Numbered from the stretch's first letter, positions 8,391 to 17,739 are shown. The stretch: 46,013 nucleotides of DNA from Candidatus Jorgensenbacteria bacterium CG03_land_8_20_14_0_80_38_39 (GCA_002781185.1 PEUU01000025.1:1-46013), one strand, 5' to 3'. Notes: generated from the sequence alone by a model not told the origin. Numbers and translations are program-made.

Positions 8391-9671
8391 CTAAAATAAG
8401 GATTTTTGAGCGGCCAAATTTTCTCGTTCGTTTTCTTCAAAAATCTTAATTTTCCCGTATTCGCCGTCGTAGCCAGGTTCAATATAAACCCTGCCTTGCC
8501 GCATTTTGATTACTCCCTCAGCAATGACTGGCGGAAGTTTTGACTTTAACTCTGCCTCGCTGGCATTAATTAAAATATTAAATTCTGAACCAAAGTTTTT
8601 AATCGCTTCTTCGTATTCTCTCCAAACTCCCTTAGTGTTTACCCCCAAATTTAAGCTTTCGGCAATTACTTCATCAAAAGGAATAAAACTATAATACGGC
8701 TTGGCCCAAGCTGGCTTGAATCCTATTGGTCGATCTTCAGGCGCAAGCTCATCAATTCTTGCCATAACCCCAACTGTAACCAGTTTGCCACAAACCGGAC
8801 AAAGCCCCCTGTGTTTTTTTGTTTCTTCTGGTGAAAATCTAATTTTACAGCCGGCATGGCCATCATAATGATAACGGCCTTCTTCTGGGAAAAATTCTAT
8901 CGTACCAATCAGTCTTTGATCACGAGCGCGAATCGCTTCCATTATTCCTTTATAAGACAAATCAGTGTCAAAAATAGTGGCTTCGCGGCCGATACGATGC
9001 AATGAATGCGAATCAGAACTGGAAATTATTGCTTTATTGTCTAAAAAGGGAATACGCCAGCACATTGGCGGGTCAGCGGACAAGCCAGTTTCTATTGCAA
9101 AAATATGCGATTCAAGTTCATCAAAACATTCGCGGAGCGAATCAAATCCAGATTTTGAGCCAAATACGCCAAAATACGGAGTCCAAACGTGAGCCGGAAT
9201 CAAAACACATTCAGGCGAAGCGGTAAGCAAAATTTTCAACAATTCTTTTGAGTCAATACCAATTATCGGCCGACCGTCAGATTTTAATTTGCCTACCCAG
9301 CCAAGTTGAACATTAATTTTTTCTACTATTTCAATTGAAGGTGCGTAAATCAAATGATGAACGCGCCGCACTTTATTATTTTTACTATAAATACAGCTAA
9401 TCTCGCCGCTTAAAATAAATCTGGTTTGGAGCGGATCAACGCCTGTTTTATCTTTTATAACAAATTTTTCTCTAATCTTAAAAAGCCCGGTTTCGGCTGG
9501 CTCTAATTTCTCTTTGATTTCCTCCAGCCAAAGCGGGTGGGTAAAATCGCCAGTGCCTAAAACTTTAATGCCTTTTTTCGCCCCCCAAAGAGCTAAATTT
9601 TCCAGCAACATCTGAGGACTCACTGCCCGAGCGTATTTTGAATGGATTTCTAGGTCAGCAATAAATTTCAT
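8391..9671 (-). CDS. PHP-domain nuclease, endonuclease Q / UvrD-associated PHP family
   Basis: HSKYARA, GTGDFTHP, DGRP, PAHVWTP, ETGLS, SDSHS, GREA, Zn-ribbon CPVCG, PGYDGEYG. Confidence 0.88.
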   Translation of the reverse strand: MKFIADLEIHSKYARAVSPQMLLENLALWGAKKGIKVLGTGDFTHPLWLEEIKEKLEPAETGLFKIREKFVIKDKTGVDPLQTRFILSGEISCIYSKNNKVRRVHHLIYAPSIEIVEKINVQLGWVGKLKSDGRPIIGIDSKELLKILLTASPECVLIPAHVWTPYFGVFGSKSGFDSLRECFDELESHIFAIETGLSADPPMCWRIPFLDNKAIISSSDSHSLHRIGREATIFDTDLSYKGIMEAIRARDQRLIGTIEFFPEEGRYHYDGHAGCKIRFSPEETKKHRGLCPVCGKLVTVGVMARIDELAPEDRPIGFKPAWAKPYYSFIPFDEVIAESLNLGVNTKGVWREYEEAIKNFGSEFNILINASEAELKSKLPPVIAEGVIKMRQGRVYIEPGYDGEYGKIKIFEENERENLAAQKSLF

Positions 9672-9674
9672 AGG

Positions 9675-9746
9675 CGTCCCTACGAGGAATCGAACCCCGA
9701 TCTCAAGCTCCGGAGGCTTACGCTCTATCCATTGAGCTATAGGGAC
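9675..9746 (-). tRNA. tRNA-Arg (CCG)
   Basis: GTCCCTATAGCTCAATGGATAGAGCGTAAGCCTCCGGAGCTTGAGATCGGGGTTCGATTCCTCGTAGGGACG folds as a cloverleaf with anticodon CCG; CCA not encoded. Confidence 0.97.
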
Positions 9747-9817
9747 AAAAAATTAAATTTTAAAAGAGGAGGCATTAAAATTATACTCCCAAGAAAAGAC
9801 ATTTTCCAGCTTGGAAT

Positions 9818-10939
9818 TTAACCAACAAAAGTGACGACCCCGTAAATAAAAGCCAGGGCGAAAATAAAATAAAGAGGCCAAATTAACCAGGCTCGGCCAT
9901 CTTGAGGAAATGCCCGGCGCCACATAGTAATTATAAAAATTGCCTCCAAAGCCAAAAAAACATTACCCGCCAAACTAATAATCGCCAGAAAATTTCTTAA
10001 ACCGATTAAATAAAGAAGTGGAGGAAGAAAAAGAACCAGCAAAGCGCTGAAAAGACGCGAGAAACGCAAATCGGAAATTAAAGTTTCTCGCAGATTAATG
10101 CCCAAAATAAAATAAGACGTCCAAATGCCGATGAGCCCAATTAGGCCCAAAAGCGTCAAAACCAAGGGGGACAAAAAACCTAAACTATTAAAAGCTTCAG
10201 GAGAAATTTGAGGGTTTAAACGCAAAATTCCCAAAACAAAAATTAAATAAACAAAAGCCGGCAGAGCCGTGCCCCAAAAAATTATTTTAGCTAAAGGAAT
10301 TTTTTTCTTTTTATCCTGAAAACGATGATAAAATTCCACTACCTTGGAAATTGCCGGCCGACCGGTCAAAGAAAACAAAAGAGGACCAAAAGGCAAAAAA
10401 AAAGTTGACCAATTAAAATTTTTCCATAAAGGCACTTGAAAAGGCCGGTTCAGACCGAGAAAGATTATCAGTCCTAAAATCAAAAAAGTGCTCCCCAAAC
10501 CGAAAAATTCCGCCATTCCCAGCCAGGAAAGTTTGGCAAAAATGAAAAGAGAGCCAAGCAGCCAAAAAATCAAAAGAAAAATCCAGCCGCTGGAACCAAA
10601 AATTAATTGGCCGAAAACCGGCGCCAAAATAAGATAAATAGTCAAAGTTAAAATCAATTCCCCTAAAATCGCCAAGGCCGCCGGCAAGGAAATAAAAGAA
10701 GGAAGATATTTTTTAGTTAAATAAAAAAATTGGTAATTGCCTTTATTAATTTCCAAAAGCCGACCGTACATCCAATGAAGGACAAAATAAATTAAAGTAA
10801 AGGCAATTAAATAAAAAATGCCGTTGATTACACCCAAACGGCTAAAAATATAAGGCAAAGAAAAAACTCCGGCGCCAATAATAGTTCCCGCCAGCAAGAC
10901 AACGCTGAAAATAAAATCTTTAGATTCCCCTGACTTCAT
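9818..10939 (-). CDS. Aromatic amino acid permease family transporter
   Basis: GTIIGAGVFSLPY, about 11 TM, PFGPLLFS, TSY. Confidence 0.85.
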   Translation of the reverse strand: MKSGESKDFIFSVVLLAGTIIGAGVFSLPYIFSRLGVINGIFYLIAFTLIYFVLHWMYGRLLEINKGNYQFFYLTKKYLPSFISLPAALAILGELILTLTIYLILAPVFGQLIFGSSGWIFLLIFWLLGSLFIFAKLSWLGMAEFFGLGSTFLILGLIIFLGLNRPFQVPLWKNFNWSTFFLPFGPLLFSLTGRPAISKVVEFYHRFQDKKKKIPLAKIIFWGTALPAFVYLIFVLGILRLNPQISPEAFNSLGFLSPLVLTLLGLIGLIGIWTSYFILGINLRETLISDLRFSRLFSALLVLFLPPLLYLIGLRNFLAIISLAGNVFLALEAIFIITMWRRAFPQDGRAWLIWPLYFIFALAFIYGVVTFVG

Positions 10940-11211
10940 TCAACCGGATAAACCAAATCACCTTCCCGGACTTTATTGCTGACTTTAATTCCCACTTCTT
11001 GGTTCTTTTTGGCGGCTTCAATGTCTTGATGGTCGTACTGCATAGAAACGATTTTTTCTTCAAAATCAGTCGTCACTCCCTTAAAATGAATTTCCTCTCC
11101 GGCTTTAACTACCTTATTGAATTTAACAATAGCCACCCCCAAACCGCCATAATAGTGAGTGACTTTTCCGATTGGCTTTAATTCTTTACTTGAAGTTTTT
11201 TTATTCGGCAT
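10936..11211 (-). CDS. Small translation-factor-like beta-barrel protein
   Basis: IGKVTHYY, GVAIV, SMQ, VGIKV..KVREGDLVY. Confidence 0.8.
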   Translation of the reverse strand: MPNKKTSSKELKPIGKVTHYYGGLGVAIVKFNKVVKAGEEIHFKGVTTDFEEKIVSMQYDHQDIEAAKKNQEVGIKVSNKVREGDLVYPVE

Positions 11212-11242
11212 AAAAATAAAATAATCTCGACCTTTATTTTAA

Positions 11243-11863
11243 TCAATGGTTATTATTTTTCTTTTCTTCTTCTTTGATTATTTCCACTAGCCGGTCTAAA
11301 AGTTCTTTGGGGTTACTGGAAAAAATAACTTTGCCAAAACCCCGATGAGCGGTATTAATTAAATCCTTTAAAGAATCAGCGATACCGCCGGTTCCTTCTA
11401 AAACTCCGATTGGTTTTTTGTCCTCAAAAGCAATGGTAAATTCATTCATTGTTCCCATTCGGCCGCAAATAGTAATAACAGCGTCGGAAGAGCGGATTAA
11501 AAGCAAATTGCGGCCGGCGTATTCAAAACCCGTATAAACTATCAAGTCGTGGTAATCAATGGGTAAATGGTAAGTTTTTAAATGAGCCGCTTTAGAAGCA
11601 GCCGGTGAAAGACCGATAACAATTCCGCCTTCTTCTTTGGCGCCTTTGGCGGCCCAATAAGGAATGCCGGTGGTCGCCCCGGTAACTAAAATCATTCCTC
11701 GGCGGGCAATTTCCCGACCCAAGGTTTCGGCTTTTTCTGTAGCGTCCAAAGAACAAAGACCGGTTTCCGCTGCTCCGGAAACGCAAATTTTATACTTCAA
11801 ATGATAACCGTAACTAACTATTTTCGGTTTGGTCGCTGTTTTAACAGCTGTTTTGATAGGCAT
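11243..11863 (-). CDS. LOG/SLOG family nucleotide-binding protein
   Basis: VTGATTG, AAKGAKEEGG, GRN, GRMGTMNE, GTGG. Confidence 0.88.
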   Translation of the reverse strand: MPIKTAVKTATKPKIVSYGYHLKYKICVSGAAETGLCSLDATEKAETLGREIARRGMILVTGATTGIPYWAAKGAKEEGGIVIGLSPAASKAAHLKTYHLPIDYHDLIVYTGFEYAGRNLLLIRSSDAVITICGRMGTMNEFTIAFEDKKPIGVLEGTGGIADSLKDLINTAHRGFGKVIFSSNPKELLDRLVEIIKEEEKKNNNH

Positions 11864-11871
11864 TTTAAGAA

Positions 11872-13221
11872 TTATAACATGATAGTTTCAGCTGGGAAAG
11901 GCACTTCAGCATTAACCGCCAAATTATCTTTAATTTTTTGAGCTAAAGGCAAAGATTGTTCTTCTTCGCCTTGAACGACAAAAACTTTTTTCAAAGTAAA
12001 ACGCATTGGTTTTAACCATTCCAAAATTTGCAATTGGTCAGCATGAGCCGAATAACCGCTGATGGTTCTCGCTTGAACCTTAACCGGAACTTCTTCGCCA
12101 AAAATTTTTACGGTTTTGGCGCCATCCAAAATTTGTCTTCCCAAAGAACCTTTGGCTTGATAGCCAATGAATAAAATGGTGCTCTTGGGGTCAGGCAAGT
12201 AACGAAATTCATGATGCAAAATCCGGCCGCCGTGCGACATTCCGGAACCAGCAATAATCACTTTGGGCGGCGGCACGCTGTTAATTGTTTTTGATTCTTC
12301 AACTGTTAAGGTCTTTTTCAAACCCGGAAAATTAAACAAAGTATGGTCAATCATTAAAAACCTGTTTGTTTCTTCGTTGAAATATTCCCTAAATCCCTGA
12401 TAAGCTTGGCTTAATTTTATTGCCAAAGGACTGTCAACAAAAACCGGCACTTTGGGAAGACGTTTATTTTCCACCAGTTCGTTTAAATGAAAAAGCAAAT
12501 CCTGGGTTCTTTCCATAGCAAAAGCCGGAATCATTAAAGTGCCGCCGGCTTTAATCGTGTCTTCAATCACGTCTTCCAAAAGATCCCGAAGGGCGGCAGT
12601 TGGTTCATGAATTCTGTTGCCGTAAGTTGATTCTACCAAGCAATAATCGCCTTCTTCCAAATACTCCAGGGATTTAATCAAAGGCGGCGGCGTATTGCCC
12701 AAATCTCCCGAAAAAACTAAATTTTTACCCTCAACCGAAATCTCTATAAAACTTGAACCTAAAATGTGGCCGCTGTTTAAAAATCTAACTACCAAAGAAC
12801 CCAAAAAAATTTCTTGATGATAGTCAACCGTTTCCCAACAAGCCATTAATTTCTCAATGTCTTTTAAAGTATAAAGCTCATCCAATCCTTCTCTTTCCGC
12901 TTCTTTTTTAAGAATTTCTTCGGAATCTTCCAATATCAATTGAGCAAAGACCTTTGTTGGAGGAGTGGAAAAAACTTTCCCTTTAAAACCGTCTTTAATT
13001 AATTTTGGCAAACGACCGATATGGTCAAGATGACTGTGAGTAATAAAAACCGCTGTAATTTCCGAAGGGTCATAAGGAAAAAGTTTAAAGTTTTGGCGTT
13101 CGGCATAATGGCTGCCTTGTTCCAAGCCGCAGTCAATTAAAAATTTTTCTCCTTTTTTTGATTCTAAAAGGTAATTGGCACCGGTAACCATTCTTGCCCC
13201 ACCGCAAAAAGTTAATTTCAT
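11872..13221 (-). CDS. Metallo-beta-lactamase/beta-CASP ribonuclease
   Basis: THSHLDHIG, GHILGS, FSGDLG, ESTYG, SGMSHGGR, YSAHAD; likely ATG at 13221. Confidence 0.93.
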   Translation of the reverse strand: MKLTFCGGARMVTGANYLLESKKGEKFLIDCGLEQGSHYAERQNFKLFPYDPSEITAVFITHSHLDHIGRLPKLIKDGFKGKVFSTPPTKVFAQLILEDSEEILKKEAEREGLDELYTLKDIEKLMACWETVDYHQEIFLGSLVVRFLNSGHILGSSFIEISVEGKNLVFSGDLGNTPPPLIKSLEYLEEGDYCLVESTYGNRIHEPTAALRDLLEDVIEDTIKAGGTLMIPAFAMERTQDLLFHLNELVENKRLPKVPVFVDSPLAIKLSQAYQGFREYFNEETNRFLMIDHTLFNFPGLKKTLTVEESKTINSVPPPKVIIAGSGMSHGGRILHHEFRYLPDPKSTILFIGYQAKGSLGRQILDGAKTVKIFGEEVPVKVQARTISGYSAHADQLQILEWLKPMRFTLKKVFVVQGEEEQSLPLAQKIKDNLAVNAEVPFPAETIML

Positions 13222-13283
13222 AAAAATAAGATAGACCTTAATATTATTGTAATATAAATCTAAGATTACTACTATTGGCGCTT

Positions 13284-13312
13284 TAGACATTATTCCGCAG
13301 ATAGGCTACTAT
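13284..13312 (+). promoter_or_regulatory. Putative sigma70 promoter of the orphan ORF at 13360
   Basis: TAGACA-17-TACTAT, then CCTTAACAACT and SD AGGAGAGG. Confidence 0.5.
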
Positions 13313-13359
13313 AATACAAATCAAGTAGACCCTTAACAACTAGATAGGAGAGGCATCAA

Positions 13360-13647
13360 TTGAACGAGACGAAGGAAAAGAAATTTGTGGGGGTCGGAGA
13401 AATCCGATGCGGGAGGGAACGCAAATTATTTGTGAAATATCTTTGGGCTTATTCAGAACCGCAATTCCGAGGTAGAATTTTTCGGAAGCTAAGAGAAGAA
13501 TATCCAAATCTGAGCTTCCGCTATCCTGACTTAGTTCAGGTGGGAACCCCTCATTTTCTTTGGAAACCGTTTGAGACTAAAGAAATCACTAATCTTCCCA
13601 AAGAGGAAGTGAAAAAAATTGTTTCCACATTGCAAAAGCCGCTTTAG
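13360..13647 (+). CDS. Hypothetical orphan protein
   Basis: 95 aa; TTG start with SD; own promoter and terminator. Confidence 0.6.
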   Translation: MNETKEKKFVGVGEIRCGRERKLFVKYLWAYSEPQFRGRIFRKLREEYPNLSFRYPDLVQVGTPHFLWKPFETKEITNLPKEEVKKIVSTLQKPL

Positions 13648-13664
13648 CTTAAAGCGGCCTTTTT
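13638..13664. terminator. Likely bidirectional intrinsic terminator
   Basis: GCCGCTTTA-GCT-TAAAGCGGC followed by a T-run and preceded by an A-run, between convergent genes. Confidence 0.65.
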
Positions 13665-15063
13665 ATCCTTTTATTACGCCAATTGGTTTTAAACGGGCAA
13701 CTTTTTTGGCAATCCCAACTTGCTGAACAACATTAACCACTTCTTCCACGTCTTTGTAAGCCATTGGCGCTTCTTCGGCCAAGCCAGCCATTGAACCCGA
13801 CCTCACGCTAATTCCCCTTTTCTCAAGCTCTTCTTTTAAAACTGATCCGCGAACAATTTTCTTGGCTTTAGTCCGAGACATTGTCCGGCCGGCGCCATGG
13901 CAACTTGAACCAAAACTTTCTTTGAAAGAAGCTTCGGTGCCAACTAAAACATATGAGGCCGTACCCATTGAGCCGGGAATTAAAACCGGCTGGTCAGGAA
14001 AAGCCCGCGTCGCGCCTTTACGATGAACCACTACCGGTGTTGAAAAATATTCTTCAACTTTGGCAATGTTATGGCTAAGGTCATAAATTAATAACAATTT
14101 GCGACTTTGGTTTTCGCCAAAAATTTGATCCCAAGCTTTTCTGACTTCCCAGGTAATTAGTTGCCGATTGGCCCAGGCAAAATTGGCGGCCGCTGACATT
14201 GCGGCAAAATAATCCTGTCCTTCTTTTGATTTAAATGGCGCGCAAGCAAGCTGGTTATCAGGCAATTGAATTTCATATTTTGAAAGAGAATTAAGCATTA
14301 ATTTTATATAATCCGTAGCCACTTGATGCCCCAAGCCCCGGCTGCCGCAATGCACCATAATGCAAATTTGATTTTCAAAAAGTCCAAGTTTTTGAACGGT
14401 AATTTTGTCAAAAATTTCATCAACTCTTTGAATTTCCACAAAATGATTGCCGGCGCCGATTGTTCCTAATTGGTCCCGGCCGCGGTCCTTGGCATATTGA
14501 GAAACCAATTCCGGATTGGCTTCTTTTAATTGGCCTTGGGATTCGCAATTTTTTAAATCTCTTTCCGTGGCATAACCTTTTTTAAACATCTCCTCTGCCC
14601 CACTTGCTAAAACAGCGTCAAGTTCTTTATTGGCTAATTTAAGCCGTCCGCCGCGACCCACGCCCGACGGCACTTCTTTATAAATCGCTGTTGTTAAATC
14701 AGGAATTTTATCTTTAATTTCATTGTAGGTTTTATCTGACTCCAAAACTCTGATACCGCAGTTGATATCAAATCCAATTCCGCCAGGAGAAATCACGCCG
14801 TTTTTTATATCCATTGCCGCCACCCCACCTATAGGAAACCCATAGCCAGCATGGATATCGGGCATAGCGAGCGAATACTTTTGAATGCCGGGAAGAGTGG
14901 CAACATTAACAACTTGTTCTAGCGATTCATCTTTTAAAATATCATTCAACATCTTTTCGCTGGCAAAAATCCGTCCGGGCACGCGCATATCAGAACGGCA
15001 ACTCTGAGGAATTTCCCAAATATAATCTGAAATTTTTTTTAAATCGTTTTTATTAATGAGCAT
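13663..15063 (-). CDS. rtcB: RtcB RNA ligase
   Basis: MPDIHAGYGFPIG, DINCG, GNHF, HCGSRG, HRKGAT, PGSMG, HGAGR, EEAP.AYKD; likely ATG at 15063. Confidence 0.97.
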   Translation of the reverse strand: MLINKNDLKKISDYIWEIPQSCRSDMRVPGRIFASEKMLNDILKDESLEQVVNVATLPGIQKYSLAMPDIHAGYGFPIGGVAAMDIKNGVISPGGIGFDINCGIRVLESDKTYNEIKDKIPDLTTAIYKEVPSGVGRGGRLKLANKELDAVLASGAEEMFKKGYATERDLKNCESQGQLKEANPELVSQYAKDRGRDQLGTIGAGNHFVEIQRVDEIFDKITVQKLGLFENQICIMVHCGSRGLGHQVATDYIKLMLNSLSKYEIQLPDNQLACAPFKSKEGQDYFAAMSAAANFAWANRQLITWEVRKAWDQIFGENQSRKLLLIYDLSHNIAKVEEYFSTPVVVHRKGATRAFPDQPVLIPGSMGTASYVLVGTEASFKESFGSSCHGAGRTMSRTKAKKIVRGSVLKEELEKRGISVRSGSMAGLAEEAPMAYKDVEEVVNVVQQVGIAKKVARLKPIGVIKG

Positions 15064-15067
15064 ATAT

Positions 15068-15241
15068 TTAATCCTTAAATTTCTCAATCACCAAATTTTC
15101 CTTCATTTTACGAATTAATACTTTCTCTTGGACTCGCCAACCCAGTTTTCTTACATACTCAATCGGCAACGTTATATAATAACTCCGTTTTGATTTCTGA
15201 ATATTCCTAATATTTTCATCATTTAAAGTTCTTCGACTCAT
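15068..15241 (-). CDS. AbrB/MazE/SpoVT-like DNA-binding protein (not in ORF track)
   Basis: MSRRTLNDENIRNIQKSKRSYYITLPIEYVRKLGWRVQEKVLIRKMKENLVIEKFKD (57 aa); ITLP...LGW swapped-hairpin pattern; TGGTATAAT 6 nt upstream. Confidence 0.8.
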   Translation of the reverse strand: MSRRTLNDENIRNIQKSKRSYYITLPIEYVRKLGWRVQEKVLIRKMKENLVIEKFKD

Positions 15242-15266
15242 AATTTTATTATACCATATTTAAATA

Positions 15267-15296
15267 AGTTGCCCTAGGTTTAAACCTAGGGCAACT
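15267..15296. repeat. Perfect 30-bp palindrome
   Basis: AGTTGCCCTAGGTTT|AAACCTAGGGCAACT. Confidence 0.9.
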
Positions 15297-15332
15297 GATC
15301 AAAAATGAATCAATAAAGAAGGTGAGTAAGAA

Positions 15333-15749
15333 TTAAATGTCAAGGGTCAATATGACTTCAAAAATACCGCGCTTATTCTGCTCAATTTCGGCTTCATGAT
15401 AAGTAACCGCCTTTATATCTTCGTCAAAATAGTCAATAGGAAAACCGAAAATTTGGGTTTCTAAACTTTTTGGCGAAAATTTCAAAAACTTTATCCGGGG
15501 ATAAATTTTTCTGTTTATTTCGCTCCGGCTCAAAACCTCGTTCAAGAAATTCACTAAAAGAATGTTAATGTCTGGCGCCTCAATAACAATCTTTTCGTAT
15601 TCCCCGGGCCGCTTCTTGAATTTTTCATATTCCGGATAAAGGATAGCGGCTAACGCCAAAGCGGCACTTTGAAAAACTTCTTCTTCTGTATGACCCTGCA
15701 CTCTTATCCGCATATCGGCCGTATGCTCTAAAATTTTAAAAGGTATCAT
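15333..15749 (-). CDS. Archease
   Basis: EHTAD, FLNEVL, IKAVTYH, terminal LDI; close to rtcB. Confidence 0.94.
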   Translation of the reverse strand: MIPFKILEHTADMRIRVQGHTEEEVFQSAALALAAILYPEYEKFKKRPGEYEKIVIEAPDINILLVNFLNEVLSRSEINRKIYPRIKFLKFSPKSLETQIFGFPIDYFDEDIKAVTYHEAEIEQNKRGIFEVILTLDI

Positions 15750-17071
15750 AAATTAATCTCTTGAAGCGCTTTTTCCAAAGCCCGGCGTTCGCTCCAAGGA
15801 ATTCTTTGACCGCGAGCCAAGTGAATCCAGGGCTCGCTGCCCTTGCCGGTAACAATAACAGCATCGCCTTTTTTCGCCAGACTAACGGCCTTTTTAATAG
15901 CTTCTTGGCGGTCAATGATTTTATAAATATTGCGAATTTTGAATTTTGATGGTTCGACCCTGCTCACCATCAACCCTGAGCGTTGTCGAAGGGTTGAATT
16001 TTGAATTGACGAAAATCCCAATTCGATTTCGTCTAATATAATTTCTGGATTTTCGTCATAAGGGTCCTCGTTTGTTAAAATAATGGTTTGACAATACTCA
16101 GCGGCAATTTCTCCCATTACCGGCCGTTTCCACTTGTCCCGGCCGCCGCCAGCTGAACCTAAAACGCAAATTATTGAATGAGAAGAATGCTTCGCCTTAA
16201 TCATTGACTTTAGAGCTTGATAAACTTTTTCTAAAGAATCAGGGGTATGGGCATAATCAATTACGGCTAAAAATGGCGATTTTTGAATAAATTCAAAACG
16301 GCCGGGAAGACCGGAAAAATTATTTAAAGTATCTAAAATTATTTGCCCATCGATATTTTGAGAACGAGCAAAACTTACCGCCGCCGCGGCGTTTTCCAAA
16401 TTAAAATCCGCCAATAACCAATCGCCGATTCTTTGTCTGCCTTCCTCGGAATTTAAATTATAACGGCCCCCCAACTCTTCTTGAATAAACCTTCCCCGGC
16501 TAAAAAACACAATTTCTTTAGCCGGGATTGACCTTGTCGCCTCAACAAAGAAATGCTGATTACTATCATCTTCATTGATAAAAAAATATTTTTTCGGTTT
16601 TTTGGAATTGGCCAAAGAGCGGAAAAATCGGATTTTGGCTTCCCGGTATTTTTCAAAAGAACCGTGAGCTTCAATGTGTTCGGGCATTAAATTCAAAAAA
16701 ACTGCCGCGTCCCAATCAATGAATTTATGACGAAATTGGATGACTCCCTGAGAAGTAACTTCTATTAAAGCATACTGGCAACCGGCCTTAACCGCTCGCC
16801 GGAGAAATTTTTGGATAAAAAATCGGCCAGGCATAGTATTATTAGTCAAATTCAGCTCTTTTTTGTCATTTATTTGAAAATAAACCGAGGAACTCATAGC
16901 TATTTTCTTATTAGCCCGCCTTAAAATTTCCGCCATTAGCTCCAAAACCGTTGATTTACCTTTGGTGCCGGTAACGCCGACAACAAATAAACGCCGACTG
17001 GGAAAACCGAAAAAAATATTGCCAAAAAACGCCATTACCCAATGATAAATTGAATGAACTAGAGAAACCAT
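15746..17071 (-). CDS. murE: Mur ligase, UDP-MurNAc-tripeptide synthetase
   Basis: VTGTKGKST, EVTSQG, PEHIEAHG, PGRFE, DYAHTPDSL, GGGRD, EDPYDE, GKGSE. Confidence 0.88.
   Translation of the reverse strand: MVSLVHSIYHWVMAFFGNIFFGFPSRRLFVVGVTGTKGKSTVLELMAEILRRANKKIAMSSSVYFQINDKKELNLTNNTMPGRFFIQKFLRRAVKAGCQYALIEVTSQGVIQFRHKFIDWDAAVFLNLMPEHIEAHGSFEKYREAKIRFFRSLANSKKPKKYFFINEDDSNQHFFVEATRSIPAKEIVFFSRGRFIQEELGGRYNLNSEEGRQRIGDWLLADFNLENAAAAVSFARSQNIDGQIILDTLNNFSGLPGRFEFIQKSPFLAVIDYAHTPDSLEKVYQALKSMIKAKHSSHSIICVLGSAGGGRDKWKRPVMGEIAAEYCQTIILTNEDPYDENPEIILDEIELGFSSIQNSTLRQRSGLMVSRVEPSKFKIRNIYKIIDRQEAIKKAVSLAKKGDAVIVTGKGSEPWIHLARGQRIPWSERRALEKALQEINL
15934..16013. repeat. In-frame double-hairpin insertion in murE
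   Basis: TTGATGGT-TCGACCCTGCTC-ACCATCAA and TCAACCCT-GAGCGTTGTCGA-AGGGTTGA, flanked by GAATTTT heptamers. Confidence 0.75.
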
Positions 17072-17076
17072 AAAAA

Positions 17077-17655
17077 TTAAATTCTGCTTAATAACTTTAA
17101 GGCTTGACGGAGCCGTTCTTCCAAAGTTTTAAATTCCGCGCCTAATTCTGATAAAACTTGCCGGACCTTAACTTGAGAATAACCCAAATTAACCAAAACT
17201 TCTTCTACTTCCCTATCAAGTTCTAAAGATTTGGATAAAGCCGGAGTGGTTTTTAATTGAATTTTATTTTGAAGTTCTAAAATCAAACGTTCAGCGCCTT
17301 TGCGGCCGAGGCCGGAAGCTCGGGTCAAAAAATCAATTCTCTTTTCAAGAATGGCAACCATTATTTTCTCCACCTTATCAATGCTTAAAATTGCCAAAGC
17401 GGTTCTGGGACCAATGCCGCTAATGCCGTTTAAAAGTTCGAAAAATTTCAACTCCTCTTTTTTCAAAAAACCGTAAAGTTCAAAATGGTCTTGACGAAAA
17501 TACAAAAAACAAAAAAACTCTGTTTCTTTTTTGGAAGGTTTCAATTTATTTAAATTTTCTCCAGTGGTAAAAACCTTAAAACTGATTCCGCCTTGTTTCA
17601 AAATTACAAAATCATTACCCTTTTCAGTTATTTGACCTTCTAGACTATAAAGCAT
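17077..17655 (-). CDS. ruvA: Holliday junction branch migration protein RuvA
   Basis: LYGF, ISGIGPRTAL, GLGRKGAERLILEL, LVNLGYS. Confidence 0.95.
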   Translation of the reverse strand: MLYSLEGQITEKGNDFVILKQGGISFKVFTTGENLNKLKPSKKETEFFCFLYFRQDHFELYGFLKKEELKFFELLNGISGIGPRTALAILSIDKVEKIMVAILEKRIDFLTRASGLGRKGAERLILELQNKIQLKTTPALSKSLELDREVEEVLVNLGYSQVKVRQVLSELGAEFKTLEERLRQALKLLSRI

Positions 17656-17739
17656 ACTTTTTTATTATATAAGAACAGGAAATAATTGCTAATAGCCCCT
17701 TTTAGTTGCAAAAAAAAATATTTCTGCCATAATGTTTAT

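Noticed and set aside
8364..9746. Integrated island at tRNA-Arg
   Set aside because: No integrase and no duplicated tRNA 3' end were found.
13222..17739. Extended N-termini in the track (13290, 15087, 17686; likewise 2588, 25361, 31986, 45764)
   Set aside because: Family-like sequence begins at downstream ATGs, and several extensions overlap promoters, repeats or other genes.
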